Assembly (NCBI RefSeq): GCF_903903185.1
Contig: NZ_CAIUXT010000150.1
Span: 27,425-91,424 of the forward strand
DNA from: an uncultured Rhodoblastus sp.
GTDB taxonomy: Bacteria > Pseudomonadota > Alphaproteobacteria > Rhizobiales > Beijerinckiaceae
Direction of reading: 5' to 3'
Length of the DNA stretch: 64,000 bases
Positions 36,186-46,143 of the stretch are shown piece after piece (within the stretch, counting starts at the first letter, position 1; every line of letters starts with the position of its first letter). The notes below the pieces were generated by a model that ran no database searches, was not told the DNA's origin, and saw nothing but the letters and a program-made list of their open reading frames with translations. The position numbers and the translations under genes were made by a program.

Positions 36186-37604
36186 TTACAGCACCTTCCC
36201 CGGATTGAGCGTATTCTTCGGGTCGAGCGCGGTCTTGAACCGCCGCATCACCTCCATCGCCACCTTGTCCTTGACCGCCGGCAGAAGGTCGCGCTTGAGG
36301 ACGCCAATGCCATGTTCGGCGGAAATGGAGCCGTGATATTTCGCCACCACTTCGTGGACCTTGGCGTTCAGCTCTTCCCAGCGGCCAAGATAGGCTTGCT
36401 TGTCGGCGCCGATAGGTTGGCTGACGTTGAAGTGGATATTGCCGTCGCCCATATGGCCGAAGGGCACCGGCCGCGCGCCGGGAATGGTCGCCTCGACCAC
36501 CGGAAGGGCGTCGGCGAGAAAGGCCGGGACCTGCGCCACCGGCACGCAAATGTCGTGCTTGATCGAGCCGCCCTCGAATTTCTGCATTTCCGACAGATTT
36601 TCGCGCAAAGCCCAAAAGGCCTTGCGCTGGTCGAGCGAGGCCGCCACCGCCGCGTCCTCGACGATTTCCTTTTCAAACGCCGCTTCGAGCAGGCTCATCA
36701 TCACGTCGTTGAGGCCGGTCTCGGATTGCGAGGCCAGTTCCAGCAGCACATACCATTGATGCGCGGCTTCGAGCGGTTCGCGGGTGCCGGTCGAATGCCG
36801 GACCACGATCTCGACGCCGAAACGCGACATGAATTCGAAGGTCTTCAGGTCCGGCCCGGCCATGCTCTGGGCCAGACCCAGGAGATCGAGGCAGGCTTGC
36901 GCGCTGGCGAGGCCGATCAGCGCGGTCTCGACGCCGCGCGGACGCGGATAAAGCTTGAGCACCGCCGCCGTGATCACGCCGAGCGTGCCTTCCGAGCCCA
37001 TGAACACATGTTTGACGTCATAGCCGGTATTGTCCTTGCGCAGCTTCGACAGATTGTCGAGCACCTGCCCGTCGGCCAGCACGACTTCCAGCCCGGTGAC
37101 GAGGTCGCGGGCGTTGCCATAGGCGAGCACGGCGGTGCCGCCGGCGTTCGACGCCAGATTGCCGCCGATGGTGCAGGAGCCCTCCGAGGCCAGCGACAGC
37201 GGAAACAGCCGGTCGACGCTTTCCGCCGTTTCCTGCACTCTTTGCAAAGTGACGCCGGCTTCGACGATCATGGTGTTGGATTCGGGGTCGATCTCGCGAA
37301 TCTTGTCGAGCCGGGCCAGCGACAGCAGGATTTCCCGCCCCGAGCCGTCGGGGGTCTGGCCGCCGACAAGGCCGGTATTGCCGCCCTGCGGCACGATTTT
37401 CAGGCCGTGCGTGTCGGCGAAGGCCAGAATTTGCGCCACTTCCCCGGTCGAGCCGGGGCGCACGACGCAGGCCGCCGCGCCATGCCAGAGATCGCGCGGT
37501 TCGCTCAAAAAGGCTTCCATGTCGGCGGGCGCGGTCAGCACATATTTGTCGCCGACGATCGAAGCCAATTGCTTCGCGGCCTCGGCGGGGGACAATTCGG
37601 TCAT
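36186..37604 (-). CDS. FAD-linked oxidase (GlcD / D-2-hydroxyacid dehydrogenase family)
   Basis: ...VVRPGSTGEVAQILAFADTHGLKIVPQGGNTGLVGGQ... (FAD_binding_4) and a C-terminal FAD-oxidase domain ...HGSISAEHGIGVLKRD... Start at CAT 37602..37604. Confidence 0.85.
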   Translation of the reverse strand: MTELSPAEAAKQLASIVGDKYVLTAPADMEAFLSEPRDLWHGAAACVVRPGSTGEVAQILAFADTHGLKIVPQGGNTGLVGGQTPDGSGREILLSLARLDKIREIDPESNTMIVEAGVTLQRVQETAESVDRLFPLSLASEGSCTIGGNLASNAGGTAVLAYGNARDLVTGLEVVLADGQVLDNLSKLRKDNTGYDVKHVFMGSEGTLGVITAAVLKLYPRPRGVETALIGLASAQACLDLLGLAQSMAGPDLKTFEFMSRFGVEIVVRHSTGTREPLEAAHQWYVLLELASQSETGLNDVMMSLLEAAFEKEIVEDAAVAASLDQRKAFWALRENLSEMQKFEGGSIKHDICVPVAQVPAFLADALPVVEATIPGARPVPFGHMGDGNIHFNVSQPIGADKQAYLGRWEELNAKVHEVVAKYHGSISAEHGIGVLKRDLLPAVKDKVAMEVMRRFKTALDPKNTLNPGKVL

Positions 37605-37666
37605 TTCGTTTCCGTCAAAAGAGGTTTCGCCTGCTTTGCCCCATGAGTTGGATTGCTGCAAGAGTT

Positions 37667-38941
37667 TCAGCCGAGCAACCGGCGTTTGCGCCCCTTGGCC
37701 GCCGCCTTCTTGAATACGCCAACCAATTCGACATGCGGCGAATAGAGAAATTGGTCCACCGGCGTCACCCCTGCAAGATCATAGCCGCCGGAAATCAGGA
37801 TTTTGGCGTCGCGGGCGAAAGTCTGGGCGTTGCAGGAGACGCCGACGACGGTCGGTACGAGGCTTTTCGCCAGTTCATGCGCCTGGGCCTCGGCGCCGGC
37901 GCGCGGCGGATCGAACACCACGGCGTCGAAGACCGCCAATTCGCCGGCCAGCAGCGGGCGAATGAAAAGATCGCGCGCCTCTCCCTTGATCGTGCGCAGA
38001 CCCGCCGTGGCGCGCCCCGCGCGCAGGCTGGCGGCGAGCGCCTCCAGATCGCTTTCGACACAGGTGACCTCGGCCTTTTCGGCCAGCCGCAGCGCGAAGG
38101 TTCCGACGCCGCAAAACAGATCGGCGGCCTTTTTCGCCGCGCCGACCGCCTCGATGACCAAATGCGCCAGCATTTTCTCGCCGGCTTCCGTCGCCTGAAG
38201 GAAACAGCCGGGCGGCGGATTGACCGTGGCGAGTCCGATCCGGATGGAGGGCGGGCGGCGCTCGACCAGAATGGCGCCATGATTGGCGATGCGGGCAAGA
38301 TCGCAGGCGCTCGCCGCCGCGATCAAGGCCTGCTCGACGGCGAAATCGAGGTTTCCGCAGCCGCGAATGTCGATGTCGAGACCGCTGCGCGTGGCGGTAA
38401 CGACGAAATCGAGCGGCTTGTCCAGAGGCGCCAGAATTCCGGCGATCTTGCGTAAAACCGGCATCGCCGGCGAAAATTCCGGCGCGAGGATCGGGCAGGC
38501 GTCGATTTCGACGATGCGATGGGCGCGCGCCTGCATGAAGCCGACATGCGGTTGGTCGCGCTGGTCGTTGCGCGCGTGGAAAGTGGCGCGCCGCCGGCCA
38601 TCGCCCCAGGCCTCGCGCAGGCCCGAGACTTCCGCCTCCACCCCGGCGTTGCGCAGGGCCTCGACGACGAGGTTGCGTTTCCAACCGGCATAGGCCGGAG
38701 GCTTGAGCGTCTGCACGGCGCAGCCGCCGCACAGGCCGAAATGGGGGCAGGGCGCGGGGATGCGGTCAAGCGAGGGTTTTACGATTTCCACCAGCTTGCC
38801 GCGCTCGCCGTCAACCTCGGCGAGGATGTCGTCGCCGGGCAGGGCGTAGGGCGTGAACACCAGCCCCCCGCCGACATGCGAAACGCCCTCGCCGCGCGCG
38901 CCAAGGCGCTCGATATGCAAATGGGCGTTCAGATCGATCAT
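37667..38941 (-). CDS. Class I SAM-dependent RNA (uracil-5)-methyltransferase, RumA/TrmA family
   Basis: MIDLNAHLHIERLGARGEGV (TRAM-like)...CPHFGLCGGCAVQ (Fe-S Cys cluster)...DLFCGVGTFALRLA...DPPRAG. ATGA overlap with the tlyA stop. Confidence 0.85.
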   Translation of the reverse strand: MIDLNAHLHIERLGARGEGVSHVGGGLVFTPYALPGDDILAEVDGERGKLVEIVKPSLDRIPAPCPHFGLCGGCAVQTLKPPAYAGWKRNLVVEALRNAGVEAEVSGLREAWGDGRRRATFHARNDQRDQPHVGFMQARAHRIVEIDACPILAPEFSPAMPVLRKIAGILAPLDKPLDFVVTATRSGLDIDIRGCGNLDFAVEQALIAAASACDLARIANHGAILVERRPPSIRIGLATVNPPPGCFLQATEAGEKMLAHLVIEAVGAAKKAADLFCGVGTFALRLAEKAEVTCVESDLEALAASLRAGRATAGLRTIKGEARDLFIRPLLAGELAVFDAVVFDPPRAGAEAQAHELAKSLVPTVVGVSCNAQTFARDAKILISGGYDLAGVTPVDQFLYSPHVELVGVFKKAAAKGRKRRLLG

Positions 38942-39666
38942 GGGCGCCGCGCTCCGAGCAGAAACTCGCGATTGCCGTCGCCGCCCTGAATGGGCGAGTC
39001 GATCGGGCCAAAAATCTCCCAGCCGAGGCTTTTCACCAGCCCGGCGATTTTTTCGCAAGCCGCCTGCCGCACGCCTGCGTCGCGGACCAGCCCCTTTTTG
39101 ACGTTTTCCGGCCCGGCCTCGAATTGCGGCTTGATCAGCAGCACGGCTTCGGCTTGTGCCGCCGCCAGCGCCAGAACGCCGGGCAGGACCAGCGTCAGAG
39201 AAATGAAGCTCACGTCGCAGACGATCAATTGCGGCGCCGGCGCGAGGTCTTCGGCGCGAAGAGCGCGGGCGTCGCATTTTTCCCGCGCATTTACGCGGAA
39301 GTCGCTGGCTATAAGCGGGTGCAACTGGCCGTGGCCGACATCGACGCAGGTGACGTGGGCCGCGCCACGAGAAAGCAGGACATGGGTGAAGCCGCCGGTC
39401 GAGGCGCCGACGTCGAGCGCCTGTTTGCCCGCTGGATCGAAGCCGAAAGCGTCAAGCGCCGCCGCCAGTTTGACGCCGCCACGCGATACCCAGGGGTAAG
39501 GGGCCAGAGCGTCGAGTTTCGCTTCCGAAGCCACGGGTTCGGACGGCTTTGCCACCTGTCGTCCGTCGAGCGTGACCAGTCCGGCTTCGATGGCCTCGCG
39601 CGCCTTGGCGCGGCTGGCGAAAAACCCGCGCTCCACCAAGGCGATATCGGCGCGTCGGGCGCTCAT
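38938..39666 (-). CDS. tlyA: TlyA-family rRNA (cytidine-2'-O)-methyltransferase
   Basis: MSARRADIALVERGFFASRAKAREAIEAGLVTLDGR (S4 domain)...VSRGGVKL...ALDVGASTGGFTHVLL...DVSFISL. Confidence 0.9.
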   Translation of the reverse strand: MSARRADIALVERGFFASRAKAREAIEAGLVTLDGRQVAKPSEPVASEAKLDALAPYPWVSRGGVKLAAALDAFGFDPAGKQALDVGASTGGFTHVLLSRGAAHVTCVDVGHGQLHPLIASDFRVNAREKCDARALRAEDLAPAPQLIVCDVSFISLTLVLPGVLALAAAQAEAVLLIKPQFEAGPENVKKGLVRDAGVRQAACEKIAGLVKSLGWEIFGPIDSPIQGGDGNREFLLGARRP

Positions 39667-39707
39667 GGCTTCGCCTTTCGATTGCGACGTTCCAAAGCGT
39701 TTTCCAG

Positions 39708-39796
39708 CGAAGTGGACCCGGCTCGCGTTAAGAAAACGCGTAAAAACAAACAACTAGAGCCCAGATCCGATTCGATCGGATCGGACAAGGCTCTAG
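39708..39796 (+). repeat. ~90-bp intergenic repeat, copy 1
   Basis: GCGAAGTGGACCCGGCTCGCGTTAAGAAAACGCGTAAAAAC...GATCCGATTCGATCGGATCGGAC...CTCTAG. The reverse complement recurs at 46018..46099. Contains the internal inverted repeat CTAGAGCC...GGCTCTAG. Confidence 0.8.
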
Positions 39797-39810
39797 CGGC
39801 CGCGACGCGC

Positions 39811-41790
39811 TCAGGCGGTTTTGGCTTCCGACACCGGGCGTCCGAGCGCCTGGAACACCTTGGCGACAATGCCTTTCGCGTCGAGGCCGGCGCGGGCGTA
39901 AAGCAGTTCCGGCTTGTCCTGTTCGAGAAACACGTCGGGCAGCACCATGCTGCGCATGCGCAAGCCCTTGTCGAGAAAGCCGTCCTCGGCCAATTGCTGC
40001 ATCACGAAGGAGCCAAAGCCGCCGACCGAGCCCTCCTCGATGGTGATCAGCACTTCGTGGTTGGAAGCGAGCGAGTGAAGCAGTTCGATATCGAGCGGCT
40101 TGGCGAAACGCGCGTCGGCCACAGTCGCCGAGATCCCCTGCGCGGCGAGCAGATCGGCGGCTTCGAGGGCTTCCGCCAGACGGCAGCCGAGCGACAAAAT
40201 CGCCACCTTGTCGCCTTGGCGCATCACGCGGCCCTTGCCGATTTCGAGCGGGACGCCCTCCTGCGGCATTTCCAGGCCCACGCCGTCGCCGCGCGGATAG
40301 CGCAGCGCAATGGGTCCGGAATCGTGCGCAGCGGCGGTGGCGACCATATGGACCAGTTCGACCTCGTCGGCGGCGGCCATGATCACGAAATTGGGCAAAA
40401 TCCCGAGATAGGCGACATCGAAGGAGCCGGCATGGGTTGCGCCGTCGGCGCCGACAAGACCTGCGCGGTCGAGGGCGAAGCGCACGGGAAGATTCTGGAT
40501 CGCCACATCGTGGACAACCTGATCGTAGCCGCGCTGCAGGAAGGTCGAATAGATCGCGCAGAATGGCTTGTACCCTTCCGCCGCGAGGCCGGCGGCGAAA
40601 GTCACGGCATGTTGTTCGGCGATGCCGACGTCGAAGGAGCGCTTCGGAAAGGCCTTCTGGAAGTAGTCGATCCCGGTGCCGCTTGGCATGGCGGCGGTGA
40701 TGGCGACGATCTTGTCGTCCTTCTCACCTTCCTTGACCAAAGCCTGGCCGAAAACCTTGGTATAGGACGGGGCGTTGGCCTTGGGCTTGACCTGGGCGCC
40801 GGTGATCACGTCGAATTTGTTGACGCCGTGATATTTGTCGGCCGCGGCTTCCGCCGGCGCATAGCCCTTGCCCTTCTTGGTCACGACATGGATCAGCACG
40901 GGATCGCCGACATGGGCGTCCCGGACGTTTTTCAGCACCGGGAGCAGATGGTCGAGATTATGCCCGTCGATCGGGCCGACATAATAGAATCCCATTTCCT
41001 CGAACAGGGTGCCGCCGGTGACGAAGGTGCGGGCATGCTCCACCACGCGGGTGAGGGCGCGATCCACGCCTTTCGGCAGATGGCGGACGATCGACTTGCC
41101 GGCGTCGCGCAATTTCAGGAAGGTGCGGCCCGACGACAGCCGGGCGAGATAGGCCGACATGGCCCCGACCGGAGGGGCGATGGACATGTCGTTGTCGTTG
41201 AGGATGACGATCAGGCGCGAATGAATGGCTCCGGCGTTGTTCATCGCTTCGTAGGCCATGCCCGCGGACATCGAACCGTCGCCGATCACCGCGATGACGT
41301 TATTGTCGGCGCCCGACAGATCCCGCGCCACAGCCATTCCGAGGCCCGCCGAAATCGAGGTCGAGGAATGGGCGGCGCCGAAAGGGTCGTATTCGCTTTC
41401 CGCCCTTTTGGTAAAGCCTGAAAGACCGCCGCCCTGACGCAAGGTCTTGATGCGGTCGCGCCGGCCGGTGACGATCTTGTGCGGATAGGCCTGGTGGCCG
41501 ACATCCCAGATGATGCGGTCTTTCGGCGTATCAAAGATATAATGCAACGCCACCGTCAGTTCGACCACGCCAAGGCTTGAGCCCAAATGGCCCCCGGTTA
41601 CCGACACGGCGTCGATGGTCGCACGGCGGACTTCCTCGGAGAAAGCGGCCAAGTCACTTTCCGGCAGGAGGCGGAGATCGGCGGGAAATTGCACCTTGTC
41701 GAGCAAGGGAGTTGTCGATTTTCTGTTCACGGCATACTCGATCGCGGATCCGCCCTTTGTGGCGCGGACCAGACGCTGCTTTACACGCAA
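39811..41790 (-). CDS. dxs: 1-deoxy-D-xylulose-5-phosphate synthase
   Basis: ...[14 protein letters not shown]...[44 protein letters not shown]...[15 protein letters not shown]. The true start is probably the GTG at 41730 ([13 protein letters not shown]). Confidence 0.93.
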   Translation of the reverse strand: MRVKQRLVRATKGGSAIEYAVNRKSTTPLLDKVQFPADLRLLPESDLAAFSEEVRRATIDAVSVTGGHLGSSLGVVELTVALHYIFDTPKDRIIWDVGHQAYPHKIVTGRRDRIKTLRQGGGLSGFTKRAESEYDPFGAAHSSTSISAGLGMAVARDLSGADNNVIAVIGDGSMSAGMAYEAMNNAGAIHSRLIVILNDNDMSIAPPVGAMSAYLARLSSGRTFLKLRDAGKSIVRHLPKGVDRALTRVVEHARTFVTGGTLFEEMGFYYVGPIDGHNLDHLLPVLKNVRDAHVGDPVLIHVVTKKGKGYAPAEAAADKYHGVNKFDVITGAQVKPKANAPSYTKVFGQALVKEGEKDDKIVAITAAMPSGTGIDYFQKAFPKRSFDVGIAEQHAVTFAAGLAAEGYKPFCAIYSTFLQRGYDQVVHDVAIQNLPVRFALDRAGLVGADGATHAGSFDVAYLGILPNFVIMAAADEVELVHMVATAAAHDSGPIALRYPRGDGVGLEMPQEGVPLEIGKGRVMRQGDKVAILSLGCRLAEALEAADLLAAQGISATVADARFAKPLDIELLHSLASNHEVLITIEEGSVGGFGSFVMQQLAEDGFLDKGLRMRSMVLPDVFLEQDKPELLYARAGLDAKGIVAKVFQALGRPVSEAKTA

Positions 41791-41944
41791 CGGGCGGCAG
41801 GGGCAATCAGAGGCGTGAATTTAGTTTAATGGCGCGGCGACGGCGATCAGCGCGCGCGAGGCTTGACGCGGCGGATGGCTGCGGCTTTGATCGACCCCGA
41901 AATAGCTCAAGGCCGGGCTTTTTCAGGCGGAGCGCGAGGCGGGA

Positions 41945-42514
41945 ATGAGCAGGACTCCAAGAGATTTCGAAGGGCCGCATTCGCTCGGGCGGGCGGTCGA
42001 AAAGCTCAGATCGAGATGGGGCTGGCTGGTCGCCTATGGCGCGCTCTGCGTGTTGTTCGGCGTGCTGGCCCTGGGACTGGTCGAGGCCTCGTCGCTGGCC
42101 GTGGTGTTTTTGATCGCGCTTATGCTGGTCGTCGCCGGCGGAGCGGAAATCCTGCTTGGTTTCAATTCGCGCGACTGGCCGTCGTTTTTTCTCTGGTTGA
42201 TCAGTGGCCTCTTCTATTTGGTGTTTGGCGCTTTTGCCCTGGCCCGCCCGGAAGTCGCGGCCGCGGTCCTGACTGCTGTGGTCGGCGTTGGCTTCCTCGT
42301 CGCCGGCCTCGCGCGGATCTGGCTTGGCTTCATGCTTCCGGCCGGCCCCAAGGCCTTTGTCGTGCTGGCCGGCGCGGTCACGACCCTGCTCGGCGTATTG
42401 ATCCTGGCCGGATGGCCGGGCAATACGATGATCATTCTTGGAACCCTGTTCGGCGTCGATCTGGTGTTTTACGGGTCGAGTTGGATCGCGCTCGGTCTCC
42501 GGTTGCGGCGTTGA
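41945..42514 (+). CDS. hdeD: HdeD-family (DUF308) acid-resistance-type membrane protein
   Basis: 189-aa ORF with six regularly spaced helices and repeated ...G.L.L..G...I..G... pattern (WGWLVAYGALCVLFGVLALG..., LLGVLILAGWPG...). Confidence 0.75.
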   Translation: MSRTPRDFEGPHSLGRAVEKLRSRWGWLVAYGALCVLFGVLALGLVEASSLAVVFLIALMLVVAGGAEILLGFNSRDWPSFFLWLISGLFYLVFGAFALARPEVAAAVLTAVVGVGFLVAGLARIWLGFMLPAGPKAFVVLAGAVTTLLGVLILAGWPGNTMIILGTLFGVDLVFYGSSWIALGLRLRR

Positions 42515-42765
42515 CTCCGGCGACAGCCGCCGCGCCGCGACGTTTGGACGTTAAACAATTAGGATTACTTACCCGGAAATCGCCCTGTTTGCCGCTGCGC
42601 CCGCCATTGCCTCGGACCTTGGCGGTTGATAAAATGCTCTGTAGGCTCAATCAAACACTCAATCCAAATCAAGCCTCCAATTCAATCCGCAGCACGGATC
42701 AATCCTCCCCGTCAGAATTCTGGCGGAATCAAGCAGGCCATCGCAGGTCGCAAAGGAAATAAAAA

Positions 42766-45444
42766 ATGGCGAAATGGGTCTATTCATTTGGCGACGGAAA
42801 GGCTGAAGGCGCCAGCGCTATGAAGAACCTCCTTGGCGGCAAGGGGGCCAATCTGGCGGAAATGGCCAATCTCGGCCTTCCAGTGCCTCCCGGTTTCACC
42901 ATTTCGACGGAAGTCTGCACCTATTATTACGAGAATGGCCAAACCTTCCCGCCCGACCTCAAGGAGCAGGTCGAAGCGGCGCTGGACCATGTCGGCGCTC
43001 TGGCCGGCCATGTGTTCGCCGATCCGGCGAACCCGCTGCTGGTGTCGGTCCGTTCGGGCGCCCGCGCCTCGATGCCGGGCATGATGGACACGGTGCTCAA
43101 TCTCGGCCTCAACGACGTGACGGTCGAGGCCGTGGCCAAATCGTCCGGCGACGAAAGATTCGCCTGGGATTCCTACCGCCGCTTCATTCAGATGTATTCC
43201 AACGTGGTGCTCGGCGTCGAGCATCATAATTTCGAGGAAATTCTCGAGGTCTACAAAGATCATAAGGGTTATTTCCAGGACACGGACCTGACGGCGGGCG
43301 ACTGGCGCAATATCGTCGCCAGCTACAAGGAGGCGGTGGAACGCGAGACGGAAAAGCCCTTCCCGCTCGATCCGCGCGAACAGCTCTGGGGCGCGATCGG
43401 CGCCGTGTTCTCCTCCTGGATGAACCAGCGCGCCATCACCTATCGCCGCCTCCACGATATTCCCGCAAGCTGGGGTACGGCGGTTAATGTCCAGGCCATG
43501 GTGTTCGGCAACATGGGCGACACCTCGGCAACCGGCGTCGCCTTCACCCGCAGTCCCGCGACCGGCGAAAACGCGCTTTACGGCGAATTCCTGGTCAACG
43601 CCCAGGGTGAGGACGTGGTCGCCGGCATTCGCACGCCGCAAAACATCACCGAAGTCGCGCGAATCGCCGCCAATTCGGACAAGCCGTCGATGGAGACCGT
43701 GATGCCCACGGTTTTCAACGAATTCATCCGCGCGACCAAGCTTCTGGAACTCCATTACCGCGACATGCAGGATATGGAGTTCACCGTCGAGCGCGGCAAA
43801 TTCTGGATGCTGCAGACCCGCAACGGCAAGCGCACCGGCCGCGCCGCCCTGCGCATCGCGGTTGAAATGGCTGCTTCGGGCCTGATCACCCGCGAAGAGG
43901 CGATTTCCCGCATCGAACCGGCTTCGCTCGACCAATTGCTGCATCCGACCCTCGATCCGAAAGCCGAGCGCAAGATCATCGCCACCGGCCTGCCGGCCTC
44001 GCCCGGCGCCGCCTGCGGCGAGATCGTGTTCTCCTCCGAGGAGGCGGAAACGCAGAAGGCGGCAGGGCGCAAAGTCATTCTGGTGCGCGTCGAAACCTCG
44101 CCGGAGGATATTGCGGGCATGCATGCGGCCGAAGGCATTCTGACGACGCGCGGCGGCATGACCTCCCACGCGGCCGTGGTGGCGCGCGGCATGGGCAAGC
44201 CTTGCGTTTCCGGCGCCGGATCGGTGCGCGTCGATTATGCGACGCAGACCCTGAACTCGCAGGGCCGCACCTTCAACAAGGGCGACATCATCACCGTCGA
44301 CGGAACCACCGGCCAGGTGCTGGAAGGCGCCGTGCCCATGCTGCAGCCCGAGCTTTCCGGCGAATTCGCGGAGTTGATGGGATGGGCCGACAAGGCGCGT
44401 CGCCTGAAGGTTCGCGCCAACGCCGACACGCCCGCCGACGCCCGCATCGCGCGGCAATTCGGCGCCGAGGGCATCGGCCTGTGCCGGACCGAACATATGT
44501 TCTTCGACAGTGACCGCATTATCGCGGTGCGCGAAATGATTTTGGCCGAAGACGAGGAAGGCCGCCGGGCCGCCCTGGCCAAGATCCTGCCGATGCAGAG
44601 GTCTGATTTCGCCTCGCTGTTCGAGATCATGCATGGATTGCCGGTGACCATCCGCCTGCTCGATCCGCCTCTGCATGAATTTCTGCCCCACACGGGGGCG
44701 GAAATCGCCGAAGTCGCCGCCGCCATAGGGACGACGCCGGAAAAGCTGAAGCGCCGCGCCGACGAATTGCATGAATTCAACCCCATGCTGGGCTTCCGGG
44801 GCGTGCGCCTTGCCATCGCCTTTCCGGAAATCGCCGAAATGCAGGCCCGCGCCATTTTTGAAGGCGCAGTCGAGGCGCAGGCAAAGACCGGGGAGCCGGT
44901 CATTGCCGAAATCATGGTGCCGCTTGTGCTTTCGAAGCGGGAACTCGATCTGGTCAAGGCGCGCATCGACGCCATGGCGGTGGCCGTGGCCAAGGAAAAG
45001 GGCGTCACCATTCCCTATCATGTCGGCACGATGATCGAACTGCCGCGCGCCGCCTTGCGCGCCCACGAGATCGCCGAGACGGCGGAATTCTTCTCTTTCG
45101 GCACCAACGATCTGACCCAGACGACGCTGGGCATTTCGCGCGACGACGCCGGCTCCTTCCTGGGAACCTACGTCGCGAAGGGCATTCTTCCGCTGGACCC
45201 GTTTGTCTCGATCGACGTCGATGGCGTTGGCGAGTTGGTGGCGCTGGCGGCAGAACGCGGCCGCAAGACGCGCGACGGAATCAAACTCGGTATTTGCGGC
45301 GAACATGGCGGCGATCCGGCCTCGATCGCTTTCTGCGAAAAGACCCGGCTGGATTATGTCTCCTGCTCGCCCTATCGCGTTCCGATTGCGCGCCTCGCCG
45401 CGGCGCAGGCGGCGCTCGGCAAGGCCGCCTCATCGACGGCGTGA
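42766..45444 (+). CDS. ppdK: Pyruvate, phosphate dikinase
   Basis: MAKWVYSFGDGKAEGASAMKNLLGGKGANLAEMANLGLPVPPGFTIST...TRGGMTSHAAVVARGMGKPCV (phospho-His)...GICGEHGGDPASI. Confidence 0.95.
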   Translation: MAKWVYSFGDGKAEGASAMKNLLGGKGANLAEMANLGLPVPPGFTISTEVCTYYYENGQTFPPDLKEQVEAALDHVGALAGHVFADPANPLLVSVRSGARASMPGMMDTVLNLGLNDVTVEAVAKSSGDERFAWDSYRRFIQMYSNVVLGVEHHNFEEILEVYKDHKGYFQDTDLTAGDWRNIVASYKEAVERETEKPFPLDPREQLWGAIGAVFSSWMNQRAITYRRLHDIPASWGTAVNVQAMVFGNMGDTSATGVAFTRSPATGENALYGEFLVNAQGEDVVAGIRTPQNITEVARIAANSDKPSMETVMPTVFNEFIRATKLLELHYRDMQDMEFTVERGKFWMLQTRNGKRTGRAALRIAVEMAASGLITREEAISRIEPASLDQLLHPTLDPKAERKIIATGLPASPGAACGEIVFSSEEAETQKAAGRKVILVRVETSPEDIAGMHAAEGILTTRGGMTSHAAVVARGMGKPCVSGAGSVRVDYATQTLNSQGRTFNKGDIITVDGTTGQVLEGAVPMLQPELSGEFAELMGWADKARRLKVRANADTPADARIARQFGAEGIGLCRTEHMFFDSDRIIAVREMILAEDEEGRRAALAKILPMQRSDFASLFEIMHGLPVTIRLLDPPLHEFLPHTGAEIAEVAAAIGTTPEKLKRRADELHEFNPMLGFRGVRLAIAFPEIAEMQARAIFEGAVEAQAKTGEPVIAEIMVPLVLSKRELDLVKARIDAMAVAVAKEKGVTIPYHVGTMIELPRAALRAHEIAETAEFFSFGTNDLTQTTLGISRDDAGSFLGTYVAKGILPLDPFVSIDVDGVGELVALAAERGRKTRDGIKLGICGEHGGDPASIAFCEKTRLDYVSCSPYRVPIARLAAAQAALGKAASSTA

Positions 45445-45525
45445 TCCGTCGGATTTGGGCACAGGACGCGGGCGCTTCCCTTTTCCCGTCGCGGGACCAG
45501 GGGAGCGCCGCGATGTTGGAGCGCC

Positions 45526-45945
45526 ATGCGCCATTTGCAGCATAAGCTCGCGGTGACGACAAGCGGACGCGGATTCCATGAATTTACCGGGGATGCGACG
45601 AGGTTCGTTCGCGCCAGCGGGCTGGCTCTCGGCCAGATCACCGTCTTCTGCCGCCACACTTCGGCGTCCTTGCTGATTCAGGAAAACGCCGATCCGACCG
45701 TTCTCGACGATCTGGAGGCGTTTTTCGAAAAACTCGCGCCGGAAGGGCGCGGGCTGTATCGGCATGAGAACGAGGGGCCGGACGACATGCCGGCGCATTT
45801 GCGCGCCGCCCTAACGCAGAGCAGCCTTACCATCCCCTTCGCCGAAGGCGCGTTGCTGCTGGGGACGTGGCAGGGGATTTATCTGTTCGAACACCGCCGG
45901 ACGCCGCACAGGCGTGAAATCATTCTTCATGCCATGGGCGAATAG
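45526..45945 (+). CDS. yjbQ: YjbQ/UPF0047-family protein (secondary thiamine-phosphate synthase)
   Basis: ...GFHEFTGDATRFVRASGLALGQITVFCRHTSASLLIQENADPTV..DL..FF..L.P......H..EGPDDMPAH....L...SLTIP...G.L.LGTWQGIYLFEHR. Confidence 0.85.
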   Translation: MRHLQHKLAVTTSGRGFHEFTGDATRFVRASGLALGQITVFCRHTSASLLIQENADPTVLDDLEAFFEKLAPEGRGLYRHENEGPDDMPAHLRAALTQSSLTIPFAEGALLLGTWQGIYLFEHRRTPHRREIILHAMGE

Positions 45946-46017
45946 CGAAATATCCAGGTCGCGCGCGGGCGTCGTTTCCGGCGGCCGCTCTTGCCAGAAC
46001 GGGCGCTTCTCACCCGA

Positions 46018-46099
46018 GTCCCGATCCGATAGATTCAGATCGGGATCCTGGATCCCCGTTTTTACGCGTTTTCTTAAAGCGATCCGGGTTCCGCTTCGC
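46018..46099 (-). repeat. ~90-bp intergenic repeat, copy 2 (inverted relative to copy 1)
   Basis: The reverse complement reads GCGAAGCGGAACCCGGATCGCTTTAAGAAAACGCGTAAAAAC...GATCTGAATCTATCGGATCGGGAC, aligning with 39708..39796. Confidence 0.8.
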
Positions 46100-46143
46100 C
46101 TGAGGATACTCCGGGACGCTGCCGGCCAAGCACGGAGAGCCAA

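Noticed and set aside
36312-45306. Long shadow ORFs 36312..37646(+), 37643..38455(+), 39124..41421(+) and 42784..45306(-)
   Set aside because: They are antisense to the FAD-oxidase, RNA methyltransferase, tlyA/dxs and ppdK genes respectively. The sense frames carry diagnostic motifs.
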